From assembly GCA_965216325.1 (NCBI GenBank), contig OZ244160.1, positions 2,208,001 through 2,272,000 on the forward strand: a stretch of DNA of 64,000 bases, in the 5' to 3' direction. A program made the translations under genes and the position numbers. The number at the start of each line of letters is the position of its first letter. Position 1 is the stretch's first letter. Under the pieces are notes generated by a model. That model saw only the letters and a program-made list of their open reading frames with translations. It searched no databases and was not told where the DNA came from. This document shows, piece by piece, positions 54,208 through 64,000 of the stretch. Source of the DNA: Coraliomargarita sp. (GTDB lineage: Bacteria > Verrucomicrobiota > Verrucomicrobiia > Opitutales > Coraliomargaritaceae).

Positions 54208-55821
54208 ATGCTACTGACCCTGCTGATTCTAACTTCGATTTTCCTGCTGTTAGCTTACCGCTACTATGGTGCATTTCTTGAGCGTCGCTGCCGGATTGAA
54301 GCGGATCGAGAAACACCTGCTTGCGAGGTCAATGATGGAGTGGACTATGTGCCGACGCGTGCCTCGGTGTTGTTCGGGCACCATTTCTCGTCGATTGCGG
54401 GCGCTGGTCCGATCGTGGGGCCGATCATTGCAGCCGCAGTCTTTGGCTGGGGCCCGACTTGGGTTTGGATTCTGATCGGCGCGATCTTTGTCGGTGGCGT
54501 GCATGATTTCGGCAGCACACTGATGTCCCTGCGCTATGGTGGGCGCTCGATCACGTCTACTTGCCGGAAATTAGTCGGGGAGACGACTGGTAAGCTCTTT
54601 CTGATCTTTGTGCTCTTGGCCTTGGTCTACGTGATTGTGGTGTTCTTGGACATCACGGTCACTGGTTTCATGCAAACGCCGGAAGTGGCGACGGCATCGG
54701 GCTGGTTCATTTTGGTTGCCTTGGCCTTTGGCTTGGTGGCGCGCAAGTCGGGTATTTCCTACAAGTTGGTAATTCCATTCTTTGTGGTGCTGACCTATCT
54801 CGGCTTATGGGTCGGGGTGAAGTTTCCTGCGCCAGCGCTGAGTAAGGAGTTTTGGATGGGCGCACTGGTGTTGTATTGTTACTGCGCGGCGATCTTGCCG
54901 GTGAGCACCTTGATGCAGCCACGCGATTTCCTGAGCGCGACCTTCTTGTATGCGATTATGGGCTTGGGCCTACTCGGGCTCGCTGTGCATGGTGGTGGAT
55001 TTGAGCTGCCTGTCTTTACCAGCTTTGAGCCGAAGGATCTGCATTACATGGTGCCGTTTCTATTCATCACGGTCGCTTGTGGTGCCTGCAGTGGCTTTCA
55101 TAGCATTGTGAGTAGTGGCACGACTTCGAAGCAGATCAAGACCGAGCACGATGTGCGGAAGGTTTCGTATGGCGCGATGTTGGTGGAGGGCTTGCTGGCA
55201 GTGTTCGCCTTGGCTTGTGTCGGCGTGGTGGGTGGTTTGGATGGATCTCCGCTGGCTGCGTTTTCGAAGGGCTCTGCGATGTTCTTTGGCGCGTTGGGGG
55301 TGCCTGTTGAGCTGGGGGCGACCTTTGCAACTCTAGCGGTGAGCACTTTCTTGTTAACGACTTTGGATACCTGCACCCGTTTGACGCGTTTTCTCGTTGA
55401 GGAGCTATTTACATGGCGTAATGCAGGGAGTCGTTATCTGGGCACGGCCTTGGTCTTGCTGTTGCCCGCAGCCTGTGCGTTCGGAACTTACACTGACCCA
55501 CAGGGCAATGTATTGCCGGTGTGGAAGGCGATCTGGCCGCTGTTTGGAGCGACAAACCAGTTGTTGGCTGCTCTAGCCTTGATTACTTTTGTGGTGTTCT
55601 TGAAACATCGTCGGATTGCCTTTGGCTTTGTGCTTCTTCCCGCAATCGCAATTGCGATTATGCCGATTATGGCGCTGGTGATGATGGTTTTTCAGCACGG
55701 GCCGCTGAGCCTGCTGGGGGGCATTGCTCTGGGGATGGTCTTGCTGGGGCTATATGTGACGATGATGTCGCTGAAATTTGTGTTGGGTCCAGCTGCCGAC
55801 GGCTTGGGTGCGGAGGCATAA
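54208..55821 (+). CDS. cstA: Carbon starvation protein A family transporter
   Basis: [45 protein letters not shown]. Confidence 0.95.
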   Translation: MLLTLLILTSIFLLLAYRYYGAFLERRCRIEADRETPACEVNDGVDYVPTRASVLFGHHFSSIAGAGPIVGPIIAAAVFGWGPTWVWILIGAIFVGGVHDFGSTLMSLRYGGRSITSTCRKLVGETTGKLFLIFVLLALVYVIVVFLDITVTGFMQTPEVATASGWFILVALAFGLVARKSGISYKLVIPFFVVLTYLGLWVGVKFPAPALSKEFWMGALVLYCYCAAILPVSTLMQPRDFLSATFLYAIMGLGLLGLAVHGGGFELPVFTSFEPKDLHYMVPFLFITVACGACSGFHSIVSSGTTSKQIKTEHDVRKVSYGAMLVEGLLAVFALACVGVVGGLDGSPLAAFSKGSAMFFGALGVPVELGATFATLAVSTFLLTTLDTCTRLTRFLVEELFTWRNAGSRYLGTALVLLLPAACAFGTYTDPQGNVLPVWKAIWPLFGATNQLLAALALITFVVFLKHRRIAFGFVLLPAIAIAIMPIMALVMMVFQHGPLSLLGGIALGMVLLGLYVTMMSLKFVLGPAADGLGAEA

Positions 55822-55895
55822 ATTCAGCCATCTAACACCTTGCTCAGTTGCAGCGGCACATGATGTCCATTGAGAATAGCTTTGTGTTGGGTAGC

Positions 55896-57176
55896 TTAAA
55901 GCAATTCGGCAATGGAGCCGAAGTCAGGGTCAAACAGGCGTTTGTAAGTGCGCACTGCCTGCATATCCGTTAGCCCTGCCGTGTAGTCGCAGAGTCGACG
56001 CAGTCGACTGGAATCCTCCGTCTCATGAGCGAGCAGTTCTTGCACAGCTGAGGGTAAGATGCGTAACCCCTTGGGATCGAGCGCATGTTCTTCTAACGCA
56101 CTGAATAATTTACCGAGGATCTGTCCGCCTTTGAATTCGATTTGTTGGATTTGCGGGGATTTGAAGATCAGATCCAGAGCGATTTTCTTGTAGAGTTTAC
56201 TCTCGGTTTTGACTTCCGCTGCAATCGTCAGGTCGAAGCCATGTCGGTGCGTTTTGTCGGCCAGAAAGCCTGTGCGGGGTGCAAGGGTGCAGCCGTGCAC
56301 AAACTTCCCAATGCGGCTGCCGAAGTAGGGCTCGTAGCGGCTTTCACGAATGACTTCGCAGAGTTTGTCAACGAGTTTGCTTTGTTCGAGGTTGAGGGAT
56401 TGGCTCTCTGCCCATTCGCTTAGGCTACCGACACTGATATAGCGGGCGTGGATGCCGTCGACGATGTCGTGGAGCGAGTAGGCTGTGTCATCGGCCCAAT
56501 CCATGATCTGGCATTCGATGCTCTTGAAGGCATTCAGTGCTTTCGGGCCCGCAAGCGTGGCGGGGAGTTCCTTTTGGTCAAAGATTGCCTTACGCGACGC
56601 GACTTGATCGTTGTAAATAAAGTGATGGGCAGGATGTGCACCGGAGTCGGCAATCCAATCGGCAGGCGTGGCTTTGTATTTCATCACCCCATCGAGAAAA
56701 GCCCGTGTCGGAGCGACGCCCTTGGTGCGGCCGGGGCGTTCGTAGATCAGTTCTGTGAGTATGCGCAAGGTTTGAGCGTTCCCTTCAAAGCCGCCGTGTG
56801 CTTCCATTAACTGGTTGAGCTTCCGCTCGCCAATGTGTCCGAAGGGGGGATGTCCTAAGTCGTGAGCGAGGCAGACGGCTTCTGTGAGGTCGGGGTCGAT
56901 GTAGAATTGATCGGTAAGCGCTGAACTGCTCGCTTTCAGGTATTCGCAAATGGAACGGCCGACTTTGGCGACTTCGATCGAGTGCGTGAGTCGTGTGCGA
57001 TAGAAGTCATATTCGCCGGATTGAAAGACCTGTGTCTTGGATTGGAGGCGTCGAAAGGGATATGAAAAGATGACCCGATCGCGTTCGATTTGAAAGGCGT
57101 TTCGGTAATCATCCTCTGGCGCTGGCGTGTTTGGAAAGCGTTGTAAGTCAAAGGGCTGGTAGAACTCGTTTGTCAT
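55896..57176 (-). CDS. dgt: dGTP triphosphohydrolase
   Basis: [42 protein letters not shown]. Confidence 0.94.
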   Translation of the reverse strand: MTNEFYQPFDLQRFPNTPAPEDDYRNAFQIERDRVIFSYPFRRLQSKTQVFQSGEYDFYRTRLTHSIEVAKVGRSICEYLKASSSALTDQFYIDPDLTEAVCLAHDLGHPPFGHIGERKLNQLMEAHGGFEGNAQTLRILTELIYERPGRTKGVAPTRAFLDGVMKYKATPADWIADSGAHPAHHFIYNDQVASRKAIFDQKELPATLAGPKALNAFKSIECQIMDWADDTAYSLHDIVDGIHARYISVGSLSEWAESQSLNLEQSKLVDKLCEVIRESRYEPYFGSRIGKFVHGCTLAPRTGFLADKTHRHGFDLTIAAEVKTESKLYKKIALDLIFKSPQIQQIEFKGGQILGKLFSALEEHALDPKGLRILPSAVQELLAHETEDSSRLRRLCDYTAGLTDMQAVRTYKRLFDPDFGSIAELL

Positions 57177-57235
57177 TCGATTCGGGCTTGTGTTTCTGTT
57201 CAACAGTGAGCGTAGTTAACGGAGTTAGCTCAACA

Positions 57236-57868
57236 ATGAAATACCTCAAGCCCCCAACCGTGCTGGCAGCTATCGCTGCTGGGCTTTTATCAACAGTTTT
57301 CGCGCCACAGGCCGAAGCCCGAATCGGTGAATCTGCCTCAACGATTGAGCGGCGCATTTATGCGAACGGTGGAATTAAGTATCGTGATGATGTGATACTC
57401 GAGAGCCGGAGTCGCGGTATGCCATACATGAAGTATATGGATTATATGCCCAATGGTGTCGCAGTGCAGATCTACTTTAAAACGCACGATGGGCGGAAGC
57501 CGAAATCATCCGATATGGAGACGAACCGTATGACCTCTGGCTGGGATTTACATGTGCTCTATCTGGATGGGAAATCGGCGATGGAAGTGTATAAGCGCAG
57601 TCAGGGCATGAGCGAGTTTGAGTTTAACCAGCTAATGCTCTTGCAGGGCGGCAGTGGTTGGCAGCGTGTTAAAAAGCCAGCAGCGGGTGAAGAGCCGCCG
57701 CCGTCTGCCTTCGGCTACACTATGGAAACGCGCGATGGGAGTCTACGCGCCAAGAAATTGGGCGCGGACACAGTGATGTTTTTCATGGCGGATATCGACC
57801 AGACCCTTGCCCTTGAGCAGCTGCGAGACCTTCAGGAGCTTGCGCCGCGCTCGGTGATGGGCTTCTAG
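57236..57868 (+). CDS. Secreted hypothetical protein
   Basis: Signal peptide ending AEA|RIGES. Confidence 0.75.
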   Translation: MKYLKPPTVLAAIAAGLLSTVFAPQAEARIGESASTIERRIYANGGIKYRDDVILESRSRGMPYMKYMDYMPNGVAVQIYFKTHDGRKPKSSDMETNRMTSGWDLHVLYLDGKSAMEVYKRSQGMSEFEFNQLMLLQGGSGWQRVKKPAAGEEPPPSAFGYTMETRDGSLRAKKLGADTVMFFMADIDQTLALEQLRDLQELAPRSVMGF

Positions 57869-57949
57869 CGCCGAGCGCATTTTCTCGGATTGCGGGGTTG
57901 AAAAGTTCTGTAAGCCCCGATGTCCTAGGCCGTTTTACACCCTCAGATT

Positions 57950-59407
57950 ATGGCAAAAGATTGGCTTGAAGGCATTGAAGATGAATACGACGTCGTGGTC
58001 GTCGGCTCCGGCTTGGGCGGACTGACCGGCGCGAACTATTTGGCGAAGAACGGCCACAAGGTGCTCCTGCTGGAGCACCACTACCAATTCGGTGGCCTCG
58101 CGACCTGGTTCAAGCGTCCCGGTGGGCACATTTTCGATATCTCCTTGCATGGTTTTCCCTATGGCATGGTGAAGTCCTGCCGTAAGTATTGGACCAAGGA
58201 GATCGCTGACTCGATTCACCAGCTCAAGGACGTCCGTTTCATCAACCCGCAGATGAATGTTTGGACTACGTTTGATCGTGACGACTTTACCCGAATTCTA
58301 GTCGAAGATTTCAAAATCGAGCGCGAAAAGGTCGAAGCCTTCTACGACCATCTGCGCCAGATGAACTTCTACGATGATAACACCCAGACCACGGGTGAGA
58401 TGTTCGAGGAGTTCTTTCCAGGCCGTTCCGACGTACACCGCTTGCTGATGGAGCCGATCTCTTACGCGAACGGCTCGCACATCGATGATCCGGCGATCAC
58501 TTACGGCATCGTGTTCTCCAACTTCATGAGCAAGGGTGTGTTCACCTTCCAGGGGGGCACGGATACGCTGATCAAGAAGATGGTGAAGGAACTGCAGAGC
58601 AATGGCTGTGAGGTTCGTAAGTGTGCACTGGTGGAGGGTATCGACGTTGAAGACGGCAAGGTCGTTGGCGTGCGTGTTCGCAGCCAAAATACCGGTGGCG
58701 AAGAATTCCCGGTCCGCACGGTCCGTTGTAAGGCGGTTCTTTCCAACGCGAATGTGCGCAACACCATCCAGTATCTCGTCGGTGAGGATAAGTTCAGCGA
58801 AGACTTCGTGAAGGAGGTCAAAGCTGTGCGCAACAACACCAGTTCCTGCCAAGTTTATATGGGCATTAAAAAGGGCGAAACCATCCCGAACATCGGGGAT
58901 CTCGTCTTTACCTCCAAGGCGCCCGAATACACGATCGACGAATTGACTTCGATCAAGACCAGCAGCCATACCTTCTCGGTCTACTATCCGGAGACACGTC
59001 CGCACCTCAAGGAGCCACGCTATACCGTGGTGGCTTCCCTGAATGCGCGCTGGGACGAGTGGAACGATCTGAGCGATGAAGAATACGAAGCGGAGAAGCA
59101 GCGCCTCTGCGACGAGTGTGTTGCCAGCCTCGAAACCTTCATCCCGGGCGTGAGCGAAAAGATCGATCACATCGAAGCAGCGACTCCGCGCACCGTGAAC
59201 TACTACACCAAATCGATGCAGGGCACCTCCTTCGGCACCAAGTTCGAAGGTCTCAAGGTTTCCATGGAATTGTCCGACCAGATCGAAGGTCTGTATCATG
59301 CAGGTTCGGTCGGCATCATCATGTCCGGTTGGTTGGGCACCATGAACTATGGTGTGATTACCGCCAACAAGATGGACAAGTGGCTCTACGAGAAGTCGAA
59401 GTCGTAG
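57950..59407 (+). CDS. FAD-dependent oxidoreductase, phytoene desaturase-like family
   Basis: [16 protein letters not shown]...GG, ATPRT...YT. Confidence 0.88.
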   Translation: MAKDWLEGIEDEYDVVVVGSGLGGLTGANYLAKNGHKVLLLEHHYQFGGLATWFKRPGGHIFDISLHGFPYGMVKSCRKYWTKEIADSIHQLKDVRFINPQMNVWTTFDRDDFTRILVEDFKIEREKVEAFYDHLRQMNFYDDNTQTTGEMFEEFFPGRSDVHRLLMEPISYANGSHIDDPAITYGIVFSNFMSKGVFTFQGGTDTLIKKMVKELQSNGCEVRKCALVEGIDVEDGKVVGVRVRSQNTGGEEFPVRTVRCKAVLSNANVRNTIQYLVGEDKFSEDFVKEVKAVRNNTSSCQVYMGIKKGETIPNIGDLVFTSKAPEYTIDELTSIKTSSHTFSVYYPETRPHLKEPRYTVVASLNARWDEWNDLSDEEYEAEKQRLCDECVASLETFIPGVSEKIDHIEAATPRTVNYYTKSMQGTSFGTKFEGLKVSMELSDQIEGLYHAGSVGIIMSGWLGTMNYGVITANKMDKWLYEKSKS

Positions 59408-59477
59408 GGGCTTCGCTTGCGGAGCCCGCGCAAGGAAGGCGCATGCTCGGGGCGGGCGTCGCAAGCAACGCCCCTGC
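59404..59477. repeat. GTAG REP doublet overlapping the oxidoreductase stop codon
   Basis: GTAGGGGCTTCGCTTGCGGAGCCCGC ... GCGGGCGTCGCAAGCAACGCCCCTGC. Confidence 0.8.
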
Positions 59478-59501
59478 GTTTTTCTGAACTTAACATTTGC
59501 C

Positions 59502-62054
59502 ATGTTGGATTCCCGTTTTCAGCTGCCGATTCACGCTGTTGCCGACCAGATCGTCAACGGTGTGCAGCAGCAGGGGCGCTTAGTGCTCAGTGCGCCGACA
59601 GGTTCGGGTAAGTCGACGCAGGTTCCGCAGATTCTGCTCGATCAGGCCGGTGTCGAGGGCGAGATCGTGGTGCTGCAGCCACGCCGTCTTGCGGCACGTT
59701 TGCTCGCTAAGCGCGTGGCGCACGAACGCGGTGTCCCACTGGGCGAGGAGGTCGGCTATCAAATCCGATTTGAGAATAAGGTTAGTTCCAAGACACGCAT
59801 CCGTTTTGTCACCGAAGCGATCCTGTTGCGACAGATCCTCAGTGATCCGCAGCTGAAAGGTGTCGGTGCAGTTGTCTTCGACGAATTTCACGAGCGCCAT
59901 CTGACCAGTGATCTGAGTCTCGCCTGCGCACTGCAATCGGTGCAGGGGGAGCGACCCGATCTCAAGTTGGTGATCATGTCCGCGACCCTCGATATCGAGA
60001 GTCTGGAAGCCTACGTCCAGCCCTGTGCACGGGTCGAAGCGTCTGGCCGGATGTATCCGGTGGATGTGACTTACGCAGGTGCGGCACTCGGCCGTGAGGC
60101 AGCTCCGGTCTGGGAGCGTGCAGCACAGGCTCTGCGTAAAGCGCTGCGTGATGGCAGCACGGGGGATGTGCTCGTCTTCATGCCGGGAGCCTTTGAGATT
60201 CGTAAGACGATCGAGGCGATTGAAGCGCTACCAGAAGCACGCGCTTATGATGTCTTGCCCTTGCATGGCGAGCTGCCGCCGGATGCACAAGACCGTGCGG
60301 TTGGGCGATGTGATGTGCCGAAGGTGATTGTTTCAACCAATGTGGCTGAAACCTCGATTACCATCGATGGGGTGCGCTTGGTGATCGATGGGGGGCTCGC
60401 GCGCAGTGCACGTTACGACGCCCGACGTGGGATTAATTCGATTTTGGTTGAGCCGATTAGCCGTGCCTCAGCGGAACAGCGCACGGGCCGTGCGGGACGC
60501 ACCGGACCTGGCATATGCGTGCGTTTGTGGAGTGAAGCCGAGCATGTGGCTCGTCCGGAGCGTGATGCGCCGGAAGTGAAGCGAGTGGATTTGTCCGAGA
60601 CGGTCTTACTGCTCGCTGCAGCTGGTATTGAAAATTTGGATACCTTCCCCTGGTTTGAAGTGCCGACGGCGGAAGCTTCGCAACGAGCATCGGTCCTGCT
60701 TCACGATTTGGGAGCCTTGAATCAAGACGGGGCAATTACCGAGCTGGGTGAGCGCATGGCGGCTTTCCCGCTACATCCACGCTTTGCGCGTATGTTGTTT
60801 GAGGGTGCTGAGCGTGGTGTTTTACAGGAAGTTGCGCTGATTGCGGCGATTAGCCAAGGGCGTCCGTTTTATCGTGAGAGCCGTGATAGCCGTGTGCGTA
60901 GAGAGCAGATCCGGCAGATTGAAGACCATGTCGATGAACGCTCGGATTTCTTTGCCAGCTTACGTGCTTGGTCGCTCGCGCAGGCTGCGCGTTTCAATGT
61001 GCCTGCTTGTGGTGATCTTGGCATTCATGCGGGCGCAGCACGTCAGGCAGGGCAGGGTGCACAGCAACTGCTGCAATTGGCCCAGCGGCATGGGTTAGAT
61101 GTGAGCAAGCAAGCGGACGATGTGGAGACTGCTGTGTGCAAGTGCCTGCTCGCGGCATTCTCAGATCATTTGTGCAAGCGCAACGATGCGGGCACGCGGC
61201 GTTGTAAGATGGTACATGGGCGCTCGGGCGAACTGCGCCGCGAGAGCCTGGTGGAGAGCGAATTTTTTGTGGCGGCCGAAATCGAAGAGCGTGAGGTGCG
61301 TCGCGAAGTCACCGTGCTGCTGGGCATGGCGACAGCGGTGGAATTTGCATGGTTGGAAGAGTTGTTTCCGGACGACTTTGAGTCGGGCACCTTCACGGCC
61401 TACGATATACAACTGCGACGTGTGCTTTGCCGCACGGAGCGTCGCTTCCGTGATTTGGTGCTGGAGTCTCGCGACCAGGGGGAGCCGGATTATGACAAAG
61501 CCGCTGAGCTGCTGGCTGCCGAGGTCGTTGCTGGGAATTTGAATTTGAAGCAGTGGGATGCCGGGGTGGAGACTTGGATCCAGCGGGTGAACTTTGTTGC
61601 GAAGCACTGTCCTGAGACAGAAATCGCGCCGATCGATGACGAGGCGCGTCAATTGCTCATCGAGCAGATTTGTCATGGTGCACTCAGTTACAAAGAGATC
61701 AAAGATCGCCCCGTTTTGACAGCAGTGAAGGAATGGATCAGCCCGGAACAGCACTACTATATCGATACCTATGCCCCGGCAGAAATGGACTTGCCGCGCC
61801 GTAAGCGACCAGTGCGCATTCGCTACGAGGCGGATGGTCGTGCCTTCATTGCATCCAAGTTGCAGGACTTTTACGACCTGCCGGGAGCCAGCCTCCGTAT
61901 TGCGAATGGGCAGGTGAGCCTGCTGGTCGAGTTGCTGGCACCCAATGGACGTCCCGCGCATTTAACCGACGATTTGGATGGCTTCTGGGATGGCGCCTAC
62001 GCGCATGTTCGCAAAGACTTGGCGGGCCGTTACCCCAAGCACGAATGGCGGTAG
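59502..62054 (+). CDS. hrpB: ATP-dependent RNA helicase HrpB
   Basis: GSGKST, PRRLAAR, DEFHER, MSAT, QRTGRAGR, C-terminal GRYPKHEW. Confidence 0.95.
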   Translation: MLDSRFQLPIHAVADQIVNGVQQQGRLVLSAPTGSGKSTQVPQILLDQAGVEGEIVVLQPRRLAARLLAKRVAHERGVPLGEEVGYQIRFENKVSSKTRIRFVTEAILLRQILSDPQLKGVGAVVFDEFHERHLTSDLSLACALQSVQGERPDLKLVIMSATLDIESLEAYVQPCARVEASGRMYPVDVTYAGAALGREAAPVWERAAQALRKALRDGSTGDVLVFMPGAFEIRKTIEAIEALPEARAYDVLPLHGELPPDAQDRAVGRCDVPKVIVSTNVAETSITIDGVRLVIDGGLARSARYDARRGINSILVEPISRASAEQRTGRAGRTGPGICVRLWSEAEHVARPERDAPEVKRVDLSETVLLLAAAGIENLDTFPWFEVPTAEASQRASVLLHDLGALNQDGAITELGERMAAFPLHPRFARMLFEGAERGVLQEVALIAAISQGRPFYRESRDSRVRREQIRQIEDHVDERSDFFASLRAWSLAQAARFNVPACGDLGIHAGAARQAGQGAQQLLQLAQRHGLDVSKQADDVETAVCKCLLAAFSDHLCKRNDAGTRRCKMVHGRSGELRRESLVESEFFVAAEIEEREVRREVTVLLGMATAVEFAWLEELFPDDFESGTFTAYDIQLRRVLCRTERRFRDLVLESRDQGEPDYDKAAELLAAEVVAGNLNLKQWDAGVETWIQRVNFVAKHCPETEIAPIDDEARQLLIEQICHGALSYKEIKDRPVLTAVKEWISPEQHYYIDTYAPAEMDLPRRKRPVRIRYEADGRAFIASKLQDFYDLPGASLRIANGQVSLLVELLAPNGRPAHLTDDLDGFWDGAYAHVRKDLAGRYPKHEWR

Positions 62055-62058
62055 CTAA

Positions 62059-62150
62059 GTGGAGGGCAATGTTCCTTCATTGCCATGCTGCGATTTAGTT
62101 GCGGTGGGGCTGTCGCTTTGTAGTGGAAACGGCGGAGCGTTTCCCTCCAG
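62059..62150. repeat. GTGG-type REP doublet
   Basis: GTGGAGGGCAATGTTCCTTCATTGCCA ... GGAAACGGCGGAGCGTTTCCCTCCA. Confidence 0.75.
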
Positions 62151-62201
62151 TTCTCTGATGTCGGGTTTGACCTCGCTGCAAAAATAGTGCGCAGTGTCGG
62201 C

Positions 62202-63314
62202 ATGGAACCTAATTACACTAAGTTGGCGAAAGTTCTGACTGAGTTCTCTACCAATTTGAAGAAGGGCGAGCGCGTCCTGATCGATGTTTACGATATTCCG
62301 GAAGCGATGACGATCGCTTTGGTGCGTGCAGCACGTGCCTTGGGCGCGATCCCCTATGTCAACCTGAACGCGGGCCGCATTGCCCGTGAGTTGGTCAACG
62401 GTTTTGAAGTCGGCCAATACGAGAAACAGGCGGAGTGGGAGCTCAAGCGCATGGAGTCGATGGATGCCTACATCGCGGTGCGTGGCTCGGATAATATTTT
62501 CGAAATGTCGGATGTGGATCCGGAAAAAATGTCGCAGGTGATGCGCTCCATGAAGGTCGTGCTCGACCATCGTGTGAACAAGACCAAGTGGGTAATTCTA
62601 CGTTGGCCAACTCCGGCGATGGCGCAGCAAGCGATGATGAGCTCCGAGAGCTTTGAAGACTTCTTCTTCCGCGTCTGCACGCAGGACTACTCGCGCATGA
62701 TCGAGGGGATGTCCGCGCTCGAAGACCTGATGACGAAAACGGATCGCGTCGAGTTGAAGGGCCCTGGTTGCGACCTGCGCTTCTCGATCAAGGACATCAA
62801 GGCGATTGCCTGTGGTGGACGTCACAACATTCCCGATGGCGAAGTGTTCTCCTGCCCGGTGAAGGACTCTGTGGAAGGTGAGATCACTTACAACGCACCA
62901 ACAGTCTATCAGGGTGTGTCCTTCGATAACATCCACCTGAAGTTTGAGAAGGGGAAGATCGTGCACGCAGAGAGCTCGAATACGCAGCGCTTGAATGAGA
63001 TTCTGGATAGCGATGCGGGCGCACGTTACATCGGTGAATTTGCGATTGGCTTTAATCCGCACATTCTCGAGCCGATGCGCGACATCCTCTTTGATGAAAA
63101 GATCGCGGGTTCTTTCCACTTTACGCCGGGTCAAGCCTACGAGGAAGCGGACAACGGTAACCGCTCGCAAGTGCACTGGGATATGGTCCACATCCAGCGT
63201 CCGGAGTATGGTGGTGGTGAGATCTGGTTCGACGGCGAGCTGATCCGTAAGGACGGCTTGTTCGTGAAGGATGCGCTTAAGAAACTGAACCCCGATTATC
63301 TACTGGGCGCGTAG
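62202..63314 (+). CDS. Aminopeptidase, M29 family
   Basis: [25 protein letters not shown]...G.AY, HWDMV. Confidence 0.93.
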   Translation: MEPNYTKLAKVLTEFSTNLKKGERVLIDVYDIPEAMTIALVRAARALGAIPYVNLNAGRIARELVNGFEVGQYEKQAEWELKRMESMDAYIAVRGSDNIFEMSDVDPEKMSQVMRSMKVVLDHRVNKTKWVILRWPTPAMAQQAMMSSESFEDFFFRVCTQDYSRMIEGMSALEDLMTKTDRVELKGPGCDLRFSIKDIKAIACGGRHNIPDGEVFSCPVKDSVEGEITYNAPTVYQGVSFDNIHLKFEKGKIVHAESSNTQRLNEILDSDAGARYIGEFAIGFNPHILEPMRDILFDEKIAGSFHFTPGQAYEEADNGNRSQVHWDMVHIQRPEYGGGEIWFDGELIRKDGLFVKDALKKLNPDYLLGA

Positions 63315-63343
63315 CATGTTTTGGAACGAACCCCTTGTTTGCT

Positions 63344-63420
63344 GTAGGGCTCGTGCTTGCACGATGCCGTCATCGTGACTCGGTCATTCACTTGCGGCAT
63401 TCTGCAAGCAGAAGCCCTAC
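63344..63420. repeat. GTAG REP doublet
   Basis: GTAGGGCTCGTGCTTGCACGATGCCG ... CGGCATTCTGCAAGCAGAAGCCCTAC. Confidence 0.8.
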
Positions 63421-63451
63421 GTTAGTATATAATTTTCCAACTTCGTTCATC

Positions 63452-64000
63452 GTGCATCCAAAAGTCGCATCCGAAACCTCAGACTTCATTCGTCGTCTTC
63501 CGAAGACGGAGACGCACCTGCACATTGAGGGAGCCTTGCCGTATCCTTTGCTGCAGTCCTTGGATCCGGTCGCGTTTAAAGATCCGCAGCCTTGTTGGTC
63601 GCCCGATTTTAAGTGGAAGAACTTCGAAGAGTTTGAAGCGCATTTGATCGAGCACGCCATGAAGTGGTTCAACTCGCCCGAGCGTTATTACGAAGCGGCG
63701 AAGATGATCTTCGAAGGCTTGCGCCGTCAGAATGTTCGCTATGTGGAGACCTCCTTTCATGCGGGCATGATCGAGTTCTTAGGCATACCCGGTCCGGAAA
63801 TTCTTGCGGCGATTCGTAGTGCCGCGCCGATGGACATGGAAGTACGCGTGTTTATGGGCATGGCGCGTAACTGTTACAACGAGGTGCTCGCTCCAGTGCT
63901 CGAAAACGCGGTCGAGTGGGAAGGCCTATCCGGCTTTGACCTCCATGGTATCGAATATTTGCCGCTGGAGGAATGGACACCGAAGCTCTGGCAGAAGGCA
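63452..64000 (+). CDS. Adenosine deaminase family protein (partial, runs off the window)
   Basis: Manual translation: [19 protein letters not shown] ... NVRYVETSF ... GFDLHG.E; absent from the ORF track because no stop lies in the window. Confidence 0.88.
   Translation, partial: MHPKVASETSDFIRRLPKTETHLHIEGALPYPLLQSLDPVAFKDPQPCWSPDFKWKNFEEFEAHLIEHAMKWFNSPERYYEAAKMIFEGLRRQNVRYVETSFHAGMIEFLGIPGPEILAAIRSAAPMDMEVRVFMGMARNCYNEVLAPVLENAVEWEGLSGFDLHGIEYLPLEEWTPKLWQKA

Noticed and set aside
57950..59407. crtI / carotenoid cluster
   Set aside because: Only family-level FAD motifs and no neighbouring crt genes

Overview
Bacterial chromosomal segment. Gene content and protein style suggest Verrucomicrobiota, Opitutae/Coraliomargarita-like; this is inference, no database search was run. 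Positions 1 to ~9581 are the right part of a genomic island integrated at the 3' end of tmRNA (ssrA, 9582-9928, minus strand). The island carries a tyrosine integrase, an excisionase, a primase-like ORF, a candidate MOBP-type oriT, two highly structured non-coding regions and a protein with a phage SAM-lyase-like signature. The rest is mostly core genome: mdh, DAHP synthase, amtB-glnK, an ExeA/GspB-like pair, ftsB-like, UAP, phosphomutase, tal, two tandem porin paralogs followed by a terminator-targeting class IIC group II intron, a beta-barrel/wza/wzc export cassette, tRNA-Lys and tRNA-Thr, an ECF sigma/anti-sigma operon, nrdB-nrdA (Tyr-radical-less, class Ic-like, with DnaA and NrdR boxes), proA, ribE, an ars operon, cstA, dgt, hrpB, an aminopeptidase and a partial adenosine deaminase. 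The most striking unexplained signal is a candidate family of paralogous small RNAs. Two tandem copies lie at 16414-16817 and a diverged third at 48716-48833; all share a GUUAG-repeat core and an AAUA-loop terminator and sit behind GGAAC-type ECF promoters. A fourth, convergent C-rich sRNA has the same promoter geometry. GTAG/GTGG REP doublets are dispersed throughout the window.
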